This document shows, in pieces, positions 13,963 through 26,427 of a stretch of DNA of 64,000 bases. Each line of letters opens with the position of its first letter. Position 1 is the stretch's first letter. The notes beneath the pieces were generated by a model. It was given only the letters and a program-made list of their open reading frames with translations. It was not told the DNA's origin and made no database searches. The translations under genes and the position numbers were made by a program. The stretch spans positions 2,420,001 through 2,484,000 of the forward strand of contig MU053652.1 in NCBI GenBank assembly GCA_013239625.1, read 5' to 3'. Source of the stretch: Lama guanicoe (taxonomy: Eukaryota).

Positions 13963-14197
13963 CAGGGGTGGGCCAACCACAGCTCAGCCAGACTGCAGCC
14001 CGGTGGCCTGTGTCTGTACATACAGTGTCACTGGGACACCCGGCAGCCTGTGTCTGTGCATACAGTGTCACTGGGACACAGACACGCCTGTTTATTCACA
14101 CGCTGTGATTGCTTTTGGGCTACAATGCAGTTGAGTAGCTGGGAAAGAGACTGGTCTGCAAAGGTCTAAAATATTTACAGAAAATGTTTGCCAACCT
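13963..14197. mobile_element. MER58A-like hAT element containing a 40-bp tandem duplication
   Basis: caggggtgggccaac..ctaaaatatttacagaaaatgtttgccaacc; duplicated unit at 13999-14038 and 14039-14078. Confidence 0.65.
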
Positions 14198-15194
14198 ATT
14201 ATACGTACCATGTCACAAGGTCATTATTCTACGAATGGGCAACAAGGCTCAAGACTTGTAGGTGTCTCGCCAAGTTGTAGTCCCCCGCCGAGAGTCAGAC
14301 CAGTCCCTGCTCCCCCCACACCACTTGCCGTGGTGTTGAACAGGTCAGATAGTTTTCCACCTCAGTTTCTTAAGAACAGAAACTTGCAGAATTTTCCAAC
14401 ATGAATTGAGATCCCACAGAGGCACCCTGGCCCCCAGGTGATGGTCAGTGCATTTGAGTATGTGAGTGTCCTCACCTTCTTCAGCCAGAGTCAGACACTT
14501 AGAGACTCTTCTGTCTTCACCCACAGCCCTCAGGATGGGATGGGGACGCAGGCAAAAGTGAGGTAGCTTTGTTTCACCGAGGAGGAAGCCCAGGCTGAGA
14601 GAGAGGGGCATGCGCCCAGCATCCTCCCCCTGGTCCCCTGCCCCCACCATGTAGCCCCTAACACTGGGCACTGGTCCTGAGGCCCAGCCGGCCTTAAACA
14701 GCCCTCCTAGAAGGGAGGCTCAGGCTGTCCAGATTTTCCCTGCCAAGACTGGGGCTTAAGGTCACTGTCAGGCAGGACCCGAGGTCAGCCAGCAGTAAGC
14801 TCCCCCCTCCCTCACCTCTGCTCCAACTCTCTCCCAGGCTCCTCTGATTTGGTGAGGAAACACTTCCTGGAGCCGGGCTTCACCCAGGCCTCCGGGTTGT
14901 CTTCCTTCCCCACGAAGATTCTGGTTTAACCCTTGTCTGGAAACTCCCTTGACCACAGCCACCCAGGTGCTGTCACCTCCCCCACCCTCCCCTCCATGTC
15001 TGGGTCTCACTGGGAAACCGGGGAAGAGCCTTGTGTCCACTGTCCCCAGTGTCAAGCCTGTACAGACGTGAGCATCCCAGAGGGAGAAGCCTGTTTCAGC
15101 ATGGCTCTGTGGCAAGGGAAGATATGGCAGGGTCATGACTCGTGGCAAGTGGAGGCACCTTTCCCCTGTCCCTTGGTGGGTCGTCCTAGGTAAC

Positions 15195-15410
15195 GTTAGC
15201 TGAGCACTTTCCATGCGCGCTCACTGCTTGCAGTGCTTAAAGGTGTGAGTCAGTTACTGTTATTACCCCCTCTTCGCTTGTGAGGGCAGGGGAAACTGAG
15301 AAACAGAGCTAAGACACTTGCCTGGCACATGGCCAGTCCTGCGGTGGAGCGGAACCTGAACCCTGGTACCTAGGCGGTCAGGCTTCCAAGTGCGTGCTCT
15401 TAACCATCAC
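15195..15410 (-). mobile_element. MIR SINE
   Basis: tgagcactttccatg..ggggaaactgagaaacagag..acttgcct..gctcttaacca. Confidence 0.65.
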
Positions 15411-16087
15411 CCTGTCCTGCTTTCTTGGAGAAGGAAGAGGGGAAGAAGGGATCACACCGTGTGACTGGGCAGGGATGTGTGCACGTCGGAGCCGGGGACC
15501 CTTGGGCTCTGGGCCACACTCCAGGGGTAGGGGACTGGAAGAAGGAGGAACTGATGGAGAAGTGGGATGAGGGTCTCTGGCCACAGTGCCCTCCCCTGCA
15601 GGGAAAAAGATACCCAAGTGAAGCCTGCCTTTCTCCATGGCTGGGAGACATCATGCTGGACAGTGGCAGCCCTCTCCTGCCAGGGAAACGGCCAGACAGG
15701 GCCCCACCCTGGGAGCAAGGGTCAGGCAGGCCGGCTGAAACAAGCTGATAAGGGCAGAACAATTCCAGATTTGAAGAATTACCGGAACTATCTCCCCCGA
15801 GGGGGCAGCTCTGGGCCCCTCCAGAGCGTGATGCTAAGGAGCCAGGCCTGATAACCCCCTGGGGTGCCCTTCTGCTGGCCAGAGGCACCAGGAGGGCAGA
15901 GCTGCCAGGGCCCTCGGGAGGCGACAGGGCGGGTGGAGCGTGATCAGCCGTGGCCGCACTTGTCTGCCCGGCCGCTCGGCCTGATGGGGGCGATGAGGGC
16001 AGGTTGGGACGCTGCCCTCAGGCAGATGTGGAAGGGTCCTCCCTGCTGTTTCTCGTCTCCTTATTGACCCCCACCCAAGCCCCTTGG

Positions 16088-16434
16088 CTTAGTCAGCTCG
16101 AGCTGTCACAACAGAAAACACAGACTGGGTGGTCTGGTCTACACAGCAGACGTTCTCGTCTCACCGCTCCGGAGGCGGGGAGTTCTGAGATCAGGGTGGC
16201 AGCACGGTTGGGTTCTGGTGAGGCCCCTCTTCCTGGCCGGTAGACGGCCACCTTCTGGCATGTCCTCATGTGGCAGAAAGAAGCAGCTCTGGTGACTTCC
16301 TCTTCTAAGGATATTAATCCCATCATGGGGCATCTAAATCTAGCTAGCCCCCAAGGCCCCACATCCTAAAACCATGGCATGGTGGGGGAGGGCTTCATGA
16401 ATGGGCGGAGGGGTATAAGCCTTCAGTCCATAAC
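16088..16434. mobile_element. MaLR solo LTR (MLT1A-like)
   Basis: cacagactgggtgg..tctgagatcagggtggcagcacggttgggttctggtgaggcccctcttcctggc..ttcagtccataaca. Confidence 0.75.
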
Positions 16435-16574
16435 ACTCCTTATGCCAAGAAAGTTGACCAGGAGCATCTCTGGGGCCCTCCGCCCAAGCAGGGGTTCATT
16501 TGGAGGCATATAGAGAGCAGTCCCAGAGGTCATCATCCCCATTTTTCAGGTGGGGACCACTCCCCCTATGAAAT

Positions 16575-16971
16575 ACGCACAGCAAATCCCTGGAACTGTG
16601 ATTATCACCTTAGTTGGACAATGAGCCTTTGCAAACATAATTAAGCTAAGGACCTTGAGATGAGGTCATCCTGGATTATCTGGATGGGCCCTAAATTCCA
16701 TGACGAGTTTCCTCATAAGAGACAGAGAGGAGGAGGCAGCAACATGACCCAGTGGCAGAGATTGGAGCGAAGCTGCCAGCTAAAGAATGCCAACAGCTGC
16801 CAGAAGCTGGAAGCGGCAAGAAGGGTCCCCTTGGAGCCTCCGGACGGTGTAGTCCTGCCCACTCCTTGATTTCAGACTTCTGGCCTCCAGAGCTGTGAGA
16901 GAACAGATTTCTGTTGTTTTAAGCCACTCATTTTTGGGTAATTTGTTATGGCAGCCTGAGGAAACTGACAT
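16575..16971. mobile_element. MaLR solo LTR (MLT1D-like), opposite orientation to its neighbour
   Basis: aaggaccttgagatg..cctggattatctggatgggccctaa..ttcagacttctggcctccagagctgtgagagaa..gttttaagccact..tttgttatggcagc. Confidence 0.78.
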
Positions 16972-19124
16972 AGGACCCAAGGCCAGAGAGAGTCTAGGCT
17001 TTCCCTGAGCCAAGGGAGGGTCGAGATGAAGCAAATACCCTCCCCGCTCCCCTCCCCAGGCGCCCAGCCCGGAGCTCTGACCCCCTCTCCCCGCTGCCGG
17101 CCTCTGTCCACAACCCCTGCTGATGCTGTTCACCCAGCTCAGGCTCCCCCACCCTCCCTGCCCCCTATCAGTGCCTGCTTAGGCCTTTTTTTGGGGGGAG
17201 TGGGATGAGGACTGGCTTCTTAAAGCCTCAGAGGACAAGCATTTATAAGGGTGCGTATAGAACTAATGAGATGCCCAGATCAGAACATCAGGGCAAACAG
17301 CCTCCAAGGACAGGCCCCACATTGAGGCAGAGGCGTTGGTCCAGAGGACCTCTTGGTGGAAGGCAGGGAGTGCTCAGCTAAGCAAGAGGGAGATTGCGGG
17401 ATAGAAGGGGTGACCAGACTCTGCCGAGGTGTGGGACTTGTAAAGACCCACCTGGAATGAGGGGTGCTGACTTAAACCCCAGAAGCGCAGAGGTGGGGAC
17501 ACAACATGGAGGGCGGAGCATCAAGTCTTTCAAAATGAGGGGGAAGTGGAGAGGGAGGGGAGCTGAATGCAGTGTAAAGAAAGGACATCTGATATAGTGG
17601 CTCTGGGGAGAAGTCCTGGGCCTGGAGCCCCTCTTAGCTCCTAGGGCGGCCCCAGGTCTCTTACTGACCCAGGAGTTTGGGGTCTGCATCCTACCAAAGC
17701 TCCCCGCGTCCCACCCTATCCCTCTGTGGTCTCCCGCTACCACCCAGAAAGCTGGCAATACATGTTCCAATCTCAGGTGGGCAGCAGGATTTGGGGGCTG
17801 AGAAGGGTGGGCCCTAGAGAGCTGGGAGGGGCTCAGGTTTCCACCAGGCTGACCCCGAGGCAGCGTCACACCACACTAGCAGTGCCAGTCCAGGGCCTGC
17901 TCCTCGGAGGGAACGGGCTCAAGGAGCAGAGGTCACATGCTGGGAAAGTGAGTTTCAGGGTCAGTCAGCTCTCGGAAAGGGAGACCCAAGGAAAGGCCTC
18001 CAAAGTGGCTGGCCCTGTTGTCACCACAAAAGCAGATTTACTGACGCACACGGTGTCGCGCTTGGGGAAGTGCCCATGCATCCTCGGGAACCTTAGAAAT
18101 CACTTAGCCCGTTTCACAGATGTGCTGTCTGAGCCCGAGGGAATCAGAGGCGGAACCAGGGCTAGAAGGCTCGGTTCTGCCTTCCTCTATGAGGCCAATC
18201 CATGAAGACATCAGCTTGTCCTGCCTGGTTTCTGCCTTTGCGCTGTCCAACCCGCACCTCCCCTCCCCCCGAGAGCTTTTCGGTTTTATTTCTCTGGAGA
18301 TAACTGACTTAGGGGTGGTGAGTGGAGGTAACAAAAGAAGAGGTGGACTCTGGGTATCCAGGCCTGGATCCTCCCGTCTCTTTGCCTTCCTTCCACACGC
18401 CCTCTTCCTGGGGCATTCTTTAGAGTTTCCTTTCTCGCTATTAATAGTCCAGAGTCAAGATGCCTCTCAAGGTCTGAAAACGGCCAGGAACAGGAGGAAG
18501 CAGGCCCTCGCTGGAGGCTGAGATCAGTGTTGAGAGCAGTGTTCTCCTCACCCCTGGGGAGAAGACTGAAGTCTGCCTTCTCCTCCCGCCCCCGCCCCAC
18601 CCCCTCCCTGGCCTCCCTTTTTCTTGACTTTTTCCATCTCTAACTCATCTAGTTATCCCTGTTTAACACCCTGAACTTGATCACCCCCAAGCTGTGCACC
18701 ACCTTTGCAGTCTAAGCATTTCATTCTTTGATCATTATTTCTCCACCTTCCAATTCATTTGCTCAGGCACACCTAGACCATTATGCTTGAACCCAGGGCA
18801 GCCAGGCTGATGAGCCCTGACAGCTTCATTGTCTGTCTGCCCCCGTCTGACTCTATCCATCCTGTATTTAATTACTCCCCCATTATAATCCCTACCTTAC
18901 AGATGTCCTCAAGTCTCTTGCACCCTATCCTGCCATCATACTCATCTAGCAAAACCCCATTCCCAGGTGAACTCTGCCTCTGCTTTTTCCTTGCCTATGC
19001 ACAGGTAGCGGACCACTACTAGGGTAAAATCACACACTGGCCGATTGGATTAATTTTAAACTCATGATTACTGGCCCAGCTTGGCACCAAGTACTGCTTG
19101 GTAGTCTCCTTACTTCTCCAGTAG

Positions 19125-19285
19125 CGTGGTTCTCAAAATGTGGGCCTTAGGCTGGCAGCATCAGAATCATTTGGGAACTTGTTAACAGTGCGGATTCTCA
19201 TGCTCCATCCCAGACCTGCTGAACTGGTGTTTTAACAAGCCCCCCAGGTGATTCTGACGCTTGCTGGAATTTGAAAACCACTTTT
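19125..19285. mobile_element. MER5A-like hAT element
   Basis: gtggttctcaaa..gcagcatcagaatcatttgggaacttgtta..ttttaacaagcccccaggtgattctga..ttgaaaaccact. Confidence 0.75.
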
Positions 19286-19631
19286 CTAGTAGGCTCACTT
19301 TCCCATTTTCAAGATGTATTCCATATTTTATCTGTCCACGTAACTCCTCCTCCTCTCTTATTTCATCTAAGTCGATATAGCTGATTTCATCTAGACTTGG
19401 CTGAGAAAACTAAAGGTGCCAAATGGAAATGTATGTTCCCATTAGCTACATTACCAGTGTGCTCATGTCTGTATCCATCTTCTTCCTTCCTTTTTCAAAG
19501 TCAGAAGTATCCAACCATCTGATGAAGGCTCGGTCCTCCACGGGGGTGGGGTGGGCTGGAGGGTTGTGCCCTCTGGATCAACATTTGGGTATCTCCCTCT
19601 GCATCTTTTTTTTTTTCTTTTGGCTGTTCAA

Positions 19632-19632
<1 letters not shown>

Positions 19633-19679
<47 letters not shown>

Positions 19680-19700
19680 TTTATTTACTTATTTATTATT
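19633..19700. repeat. (TTAC)n/(TTAT)n tetranucleotide microsatellite derived from an L1 A-tail
   Basis: Read directly. Confidence 0.95.
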
Positions 19701-19734
19701 TAACTGTAGTTGATTTACAATGATGTGTTAGTTT

Positions 19735-20131
19735 TTTTGCTTTTTTTTCTTTTACGAAGCCACATATTTATTTATTTACTTTTCAAGAAGTTTAAATCCT
19801 TGAGGGGTACAGCATCATACAGATTCTTGGCTGGAAGGTTGTTTCGGAATTTGGTGGGAACCACGCCACTGTTTCCATAAGTGAGAGTTACCTTTCCCCA
19901 GATTACTCTGGTTTTGTTCAGTTTGCCCCCAGGAGTTACTCTGTTTTTCTTTGCTTTGTACACAAGCACATCTCTTGCCTAGATAGAATTGTTTCATGTC
20001 GAGCATAAACACTTTCAAATTTTAAGAAGAGCTATGTGTTCCCTCTGGTTCCAGAGATGGCCTCGGACCACAGCCTTCCAGACGTATTTGTTGTTTTAGA
20101 AGTCCTGTTCCCCGCAGGCTCCAAGTGGCTC
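19735..20131 (-). pseudogene. RPL35A: RPL35A processed pseudogene
   Basis: Intronless; [47 protein letters not shown] across frameshifts; start mutated to ACG (20085-20083); stop 19794-19792; A-tail 19735-19753; TSD TGTTAGTTT at 19726-19734 and 20132-20140. Confidence 0.93.
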
Positions 20132-21039
20132 TGTTAGTTTCTGGTGTATAACGTAGTGATTCAGTTATACATAGAATTCTTTTTTCATGATAGGTTATTA
20201 CAAGCTATTGAATATAAGTTCCCTGTGCTATGCAGTATGACCTTGTCGTTTACCTATTTTAAAAAAAATTTTTTATTGACGTGTAGTTGATTTTCAGTGT
20301 TAGTTTCAAGTGTCCAGCAAAATGATTCAGCTATACATACATATACACACACATATTTTCTTTTCATATTCTTTTCTATTATATGTTATTACAAGAAATT
20401 AAATATAGTTCCTTGTGCCATACATATCTATTTTGTATATAGTAGTTTGTATCCCTCTGCATCTTAAGGAGAGGGAACAAAAGAAGAATTCTTATCAGCT
20501 CTCGGATCTCCTACCTTCCAAAAGAAAAGCAAAACTTTCTTGCCTATCCAGCTCCCTCCAGCGACTGCTGTGTTTCTCTGCTCCTTTTCGTAACTAACGT
20601 CTGATAAAAGGTTATCTACACACACAAGCTTTTTCCCTACCACTCACTCTTCAATCAGCGTGTAGACTGGAAGATACATGCATGTTTTATTTTTACTTGG
20701 TGACACCATACTCTTTTCTAACGTGTTTGTACCAATTTACGCTACCCCTTCTTATTGTCTGACTTAAAAAATCTTGCCAGTCTCGTGGATATGAAATAAT
20801 TCTTACTTGATTTTGCATTTCCTTAATTACTAACATTTTCAGAGGTCAATGGGCTATTTGTGCTACTTTTTCTGTGAAATACCTGCTTAATTCTTTTGTC
20901 TTTTCTGTTGGGTTATTATTTTCTTACATATAGAAGTTTTTTAAAAGTATGTTTTAGGTACTAATCTTTTATGACTACATAATGTTGCAATTGTCTTCTC
21001 TCAATTCTTTTTTGTTTCCCTTTTGGTTTTTTTTTTCAA

Positions 21040-23390
21040 ATCTTTTATTTAAAAATAATTTTAGATTCACAGAAAAGTTGCAAAGATGATGAAGAGTTCC
21101 ATATACCTTTCCTTCATCTTCTCCTGATATGAACATCTTACATACCCATGTTACATTTATCACAACTAAGAAATTAGCACTGGTACAATACTATTACCTA
21201 AACTACAGACTTCATTCATATTTTACCAGTATTTCTACTAGTGGTCTTTTTTTGTTCCAGAATACAGCATTGCACTTAATCATTAGATCTGTCTCATCTC
21301 TCCCAAATTATGGCAGTATCTCAGTTTTTTGGTTTGCTTGTTTGTTTGGTGGTTCATAAGCTTGATGGTATTTTAAGAGCACTAGCTGAATATTTTGTAG
21401 AATGCTCTTCAGTTTGGGTGTGTCTGATGATTTTTCATGGCTAGACGGGATTTATGTATTTTTAGAAAGAAGATGACAGAGGCGAAGGGCCCTTTTCATC
21501 ACATCTTATCCGGGGAAGTGATGACTTCACTGGTCATGACTTACTGTCATGATGTTAACCTTGATTATTTGGTTAAGATGATGTGTCTTCTAGGTTTCTC
21601 CATTGTAACGTTACTCTTTGTCCCTTTCCATCCTAAGAGTCACTGAGACCAGCCCTGCTCAGAGAGGGGTGGGGAGAATACCTCCTTCTTGGAGGTGGGA
21701 AGAGTATCTATGATTTCTTGAAATTCTTCTGTAAGGATGATTTGTTCCTCTCCTCCATTTATTTATTAATCATTGACCAGCGTGGACTCATGGACATTTA
21801 TTTTATTCTTTGGTTTCCAATCCAATATTTCTAATTTTGTTGCTCAGATTGTACCAGGTTTGGCCTTTCAGGTTGGTTCCCACATCTTTTGGACATGCCC
21901 ACTTTCTGTTTCTGTTTTCTTTTTTGTTTTTCTTAGCACTTCCTTACTTTCGGACACTGTAAGGTTTTCCAGGCTCATTTGGCATTTTCCCTGTGTCGGC
22001 CCTGGCATCATCTCTCCCAGGAGCTTGGGTTCATTTTATTGGAGAATGGCTGGGTGGGTATACTTGATGCTACTGGCCTGTGGCTGTTTCCAGACCCTCC
22101 AGCAGACAGAGCTAGGAAGTACATGTTTGCATACTAACCCGCGCATGCTCACGAATCTGTATATTTCTTTATCTCAGTCTACAAATATAAAACATGAATT
22201 CATACTGGCATCTCTTGCTAATTAAGCATCACAGGGTTCATTTAGCCTCCTCCCCACCCACCTTGCTTATTTGTAACAAGATTCTTTCTCCAACAGTGAG
22301 AACTCTGGCTCGTGTTATTTATAATTTACTTATTTGACCAACCCTAAAACACAAGTAAAGTAGGTTTAAAATTGACAACCCATACCCTTGTGAGAAACAG
22401 TTGTACTATTTAGAGCACGCTGTTTATTACATATAGTTCTTTGTCATTGCCTGTACGGTATGTGGTCAAAAAACTATTTTCTAGTTACTTTGGTGAACTT
22501 CTTTCCCTCATCCCTCCAGTGAGGTTATGTTATACATTTGTAACATAGTTGAATTTATTTTCATAGTCCCCATTATATCCTGGGATTTTCTGAACATTTC
22601 AGCTAATTTTCTTTTTTATTCCTTCTGAATTTGCACAAATTAAAGTTAATTCTTTAGGGGGTACTACGGGTTTCAACAGATCACCCCAGCACCATGTGTG
22701 ACAGTTCCATTGTCTTAAAAGTCACTTCCTCCCTGCTCCCTCAACTCCTGGTAACCACTGATTGGTTTTCTATCCCTATAGTTTTGCCTTTTCCATAAAA
22801 TCATATAAATGAAATCAAACACTGTAGGTAGCCTTTTGCCTTTGGTCACTTACAGTGTCTTTAAGATTCATCCATGTTATGTGAATCAATGGTTCATTCC
22901 TTTTTATTGCTAACTAGTCATTTTTTGGATGTATCACTTTGTTTATCCATCTACTTGTTGAAGGTTATCTTGTTTGTTTCCAGTTTTGGGCGATTATGAA
23001 TAAAGCTGTTACAGACATTTGCATCTAGATTTTTGTGTGACCACAAGGTTTCAGTTCTTTGGGTAAACACACAAGAATGGAATTGCTGGGTCACATGGTA
23101 GCTGTTTGCTTAACTTTAAAAGGAACTGCTAAACCATTTTCTGAAGTGGCTATACTGTTTTACATTCCAGCTAGCAATGTGTGAGTCTCTGTTTAGCATT
23201 TGCTGGGGTCAGTTTGCTTTGGCCATTCTAATAAGTGCATTGCATTGTAGCTTTAATTTGCATTTACCTAATGACTAAAGATGTTGACATCATTTCATAT
23301 GCTTTTTAGCCACTTGGCAATTTTTTCCTTGTAGATATCTTGCCCATTTTAACAAACTGGGTTATCTTTTTGTTACTGAGTTTTAAGAAA
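21040..23390 (-). mobile_element. Cluster of ancient L1M (L1MC/L1ME-like) 3' fragments
   Basis: ttttagattcacagaaaagttgcaaag and agattcatccatgtt..cagttttgggcgattatgaataaagctg..gaattgctgggtca motifs; subfamily and boundaries approximate. Confidence 0.7.
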
Positions 23391-23569
23391 TGTTTTTCTC
23401 TCCATTGTTGAACTGGCTAGAACTTCTAGTACAGGGTGCAGTAGAAGTGGTAAGAGAGAACATCCTTGTGTTCTCAACTTTAAGGGCAAAGCATTCAATC
23501 TCTGTTAAGTATGATGTTAGCTGTAGGTTTATTTGGAGATACCAGTTATTAGGTTAGGAAAGTACTCTT

Positions 23570-26427
23570 TTTTTTTTAAATATCTCTTTTCTTTTTCTTT
23601 TTTTTTTACATTTTTTATTGATTCATAATCATTTTACAGTGTTGTGTCAAATTCCAGTGTTCAGCATGTTCAGCACAATTTTTCAGTCATTAATGGACAT
23701 ATACACACTCATTGTCACCTTTTTTTCTCTGTGATTTATCATAACATTTTGTGTATATTTCCCTGTGCTATACAGTGTAATCTTGTTTATCTATTCTACA
23801 ATTTTGAAATCCCAGTCTATCCCTTCCCACCCTCTACCCCCCCCCCGTAACCACAAGTCTGTATTCTCTGTCCATGAGTCTATTTCTGTCCTGTATTTAT
23901 GCTTTGTTTTTGTTTGTTTTTGTTTTTTAGATTCCACATATGAGCGATCTCATATGGTATTTTTCTTTCTCTTTCTGGCTTACTTCACTTAGAATGACAT
24001 TCTCTAGGAGCATCCATGTTGCTGCAAATGGCATTATGTTGTCGGTTTTTATGGCTGAGTAGTATTCCATTGTATAAATATACCACATCTTCTTTATCCA
24101 GTCACCTGTTGATGGACATTTAGGTTGTTTCCATGTTTTGGCTATTGTAAATAGTGCTGCTATGAACATTGGGGTGCAGGTGTCATCCTGAAGTAGATTT
24201 CCTTCTGGGTACAAGCCCAGGAGTGGGATTCCTGGGTCATATGGTAAGTCTATTCCTAGTCTTTTGAGGAATCTCCACACTGTTTTCCATAGTGGCTGCA
24301 CCAAACTGCATTCCCACCAGCAGTGTAGGAGGGTTCCCCTTTCTCCACAGCCTCTCCAGCATTTGTCATTTTTGGATTTTTGAATGACGGCCATTCTGAC
24401 TGGTGTGAGGTGATACCTCATTGTAGTTTTGATTTGCATTTCTCTGATAATTAGTGATATTGAACATTTTTTCATGTGCTTTTTGATCATTTGTATGTCT
24501 TCCTTGGAGAATTGCTTGTTTAGGTCTTCTGCCCATTTTTGGATTGGGTTGTTTATTTTTTTCTTATTGAGTCGTATGAGCTGCTTATATATTTTGGAGA
24601 TCAAGCCTTTGTCGGTTTCACTTGCAAAAATTTTCTCCCATTCCGTAGGTTTTCTTCTTGTTTTATTTCTGGTTTCCTTTGCTCTGCAGAAGCTTGTAAG
24701 TTTCATTAGGTCCCATTTGTTTATTCTTGCTTTTATTTCTTCTAGGAGAAAATTTTTGAAATGTATGTCAGATAATGTTTTGCCTATGTTTTCCTCTAGG
24801 AGGTTTATTGTATCTTGTCTTATGTTTAAGTCTTTAATCCATTTTGAGTTGATTTTTGTATATGGTGTAAGGGTGTGTTCTAGCTTCATTGTTTTACATG
24901 CTGCTGTCCAGTTTTCCCAACACCATTTGCTGAAGAGACTGTCTTTATTCCATTGTATATTCTTGCCTCCTTTGTCGAAGATGAGTTGACCAAAAGTTTG
25001 TGGGTTCATTTCTGGGCTCTCTATTCTGTTCCATTGGTCTATATGTCTGTTTTGGTACCAATACCATGCTGTCTTGATGACTGTAGCTCTATAGTATTGT
25101 CTGAAGTCTGGGAGAGTTATTCCTCCAGCCTCTTTCTTTCTCTTCAGTAATGCTTTAGCAATTCTAGGTCTTTGATGGTTCCATATAAATTTTATTATGA
25201 TTTGTTCTAGTTCTGTGAAATATGTCCTGGGTAATTGGATAGGGATTGCATTAAATCTGTAGATTGCCTTGGGCAGTGTGACCATTTTAACAATATTGAT
25301 TCTTCCAATCCAAGAGCATGGAATATCTTTCCATTTTTTAAAGTCTTCTTTAATTTCCTTCATCAATGGTTTATAGTTTTCTGTGTATAATTCTTTCACC
25401 TCCTTGGTTAGATTTATTCCCAGATATTTTATTACTTTGGGTGCTATTTTAAAGGGGATTGTTTCTTTACTTTCTTTTTCTGTTGATTTATCGTTAGTGT
25501 AAAGAAAGGCAACTGATTTTTGAACATTAATTTTGTAACCTGCTACCTTGCTGAATTCTTCGATCAGCTCTAGTAGCTTTTTTGTGGACCTTTTAGGGTT
25601 TTCTATATATAGTAACATGTCGTCAGCATATAATGACACTTTTACCTCTTCTTTTCCAATTTGGATCCCTTTTATTTCTTTCTCTTGCCTGATTGCTGTG
25701 GCTAGGACTTCCAGGACTATATTGAATAGGAGTGGTGATAGTGGGCATCCTTGTCTTGTCCCAGATTTTAGTGGGAAGCTTTTGAGTTTTTCACCGTTGA
25801 GAACTATGCTGGCTATAGGTTTGTCATATATAGCTTTTATTATGTTGAGATATGTTCCCTCTATACCCACTTTGGCGAGAGTTTTTATCATAAATGGGTG
25901 TTGAATTTTATCAAATGCTTTTTCTGCATCGATTGAGATGATCATGTGGTTTTTGTCCTTTCTCTTGTTGATGTGATGTATTACATTGATTGATTTGCGT
26001 ATGTTGAACCAGCCTTGTGTCCCTGGGATGAACCCCACTTGGTCATGATGTATAATCTTTTTTATGTGTTGTTGGATTCTATTTGCTAAAATTTTGGTGA
26101 GGATTTTGGCGTCTATGTTCATCAGTGATATTGGCCTATAATTCTCTTTTTTTGTAGTGTCTTTGCCTGGTTTTGGTATCAGGGTGATGGTGGCTTCATA
26201 GAATGAGTTTGGGAGTATTCCCTCCTTTTCAATCGTCTGGAAGAGTTTGAGAAGGACTGGTATGAGTTCTTCTTTGTATGTTTGGTAGAATTCCCCGGTG
26301 AAGCCATCCGGTCCTGGACTTTTATTTGTAGGGAGGTTTTTAATTGCTATTTCTATTTCCTTTCTAGTGATCAGATTGTTCAAGTGTTCAGTTTCTTCTT
26401 GATTCAGTTTTGGTGGACAGTATGTTT
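23570..26427 (-). mobile_element. Young 5'-truncated LINE-1 (about 2.86 kb) with poly(A) tail and 17-bp TSD
   Basis: TSD GTTAGGAAAGTACTCTT at 23553-23569 and 26428-26444; L1 3'UTR, AATAAA at 23619-23614 and A-tail; ORF2 open from the truncation point to the stop. Confidence 0.97.
23927..26425 (-). CDS. LINE-1 ORF2p C-terminal portion (RT and C-terminal Cys-rich region; endonuclease missing)
   Basis: 818-aa ORF in the track with SPGPDGF, YRPISL, QGCPLSP, YADD, YLGI and CWRGC..HCWWEC motifs; the frame extends upstream as [11 protein letters not shown] to the insertion edge. No native start, so probably untranslated. Confidence 0.9.
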   Translation of the reverse strand, partial: TYCPPKLNQEETEHLNNLITRKEIEIAIKNLPTNKSPGPDGFTGEFYQTYKEELIPVLLKLFQTIEKEGILPNSFYEATITLIPKPGKDTTKKENYRPISLMNIDAKILTKILANRIQQHIKKIIHHDQVGFIPGTQGWFNIRKSINVIHHINKRKDKNHMIISIDAEKAFDKIQHPFMIKTLAKVGIEGTYLNIIKAIYDKPIASIVLNGEKLKSFPLKSGTRQGCPLSPLLFNIVLEVLATAIRQEKEIKGIQIGKEEVKVSLYADDMLLYIENPKRSTKKLLELIEEFSKVAGYKINVQKSVAFLYTNDKSTEKESKETIPFKIAPKVIKYLGINLTKEVKELYTENYKPLMKEIKEDFKKWKDIPCSWIGRINIVKMVTLPKAIYRFNAIPIQLPRTYFTELEQIIIKFIWNHQRPRIAKALLKRKKEAGGITLPDFRQYYRATVIKTAWYWYQNRHIDQWNRIESPEMNPQTFGQLIFDKGGKNIQWNKDSLFSKWCWENWTAACKTMKLEHTLTPYTKINSKWIKDLNIRQDTINLLEENIGKTLSDIHFKNFLLEEIKARINKWDLMKLTSFCRAKETRNKTRRKPTEWEKIFASETDKGLISKIYKQLIRLNKKKINNPIQKWAEDLNKQFSKEDIQMIKKHMKKCSISLIIREMQIKTTMRYHLTPVRMAVIQKSKNDKCWRGCGERGTLLHCWWECSLVQPLWKTVWRFLKRLGIDLPYDPGIPLLGLYPEGNLLQDDTCTPMFIAALFTIAKTWKQPKCPSTGDWIKKMWYIYTMEYYSAIKTDNIMPFAATWMLLENVILSEVSQKEKEKYHMRSLICGI

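Larger units (their letters stand above)
19633..20455 (-). mobile_element. Two adjacent short L1 3'-end fragments (first is split by the RPL35A retrocopy; second about 20265-20455)
   Basis: Both show gtagttgattt..agtgttagtttc..gattcag.tatacat..ttattacaag..atagttcc.tgtgc, the same tail motif as the element at 5990-6140. Confidence 0.75.

Noticed and set aside
13999..14078. Repeat-spacer (CRISPR-like) pattern
   Set aside because: Two abutting copies with no spacers, in a mammalian genome.
709..18600. Many 60-215 aa ORFs (e.g. 10269-10916, 10702-11295, 1753-2241)
   Set aside because: No recognisable domains, overlapping on both strands, many with non-ATG starts; expected by chance in GC-rich intronic DNA.
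24429..25904. Hydrophobic + strand ORFs (186 aa and 118 aa)
   Set aside because: Antisense shadows of the A-rich L1 ORF2.
23927..26383. Reverse transcriptase ORF as a novel or domesticated RT system
   Set aside because: Standard LINE-1 ORF2 with 3'UTR, A-tail and TSD; 5'-truncated, with no promoter, ORF1 or endonuclease.
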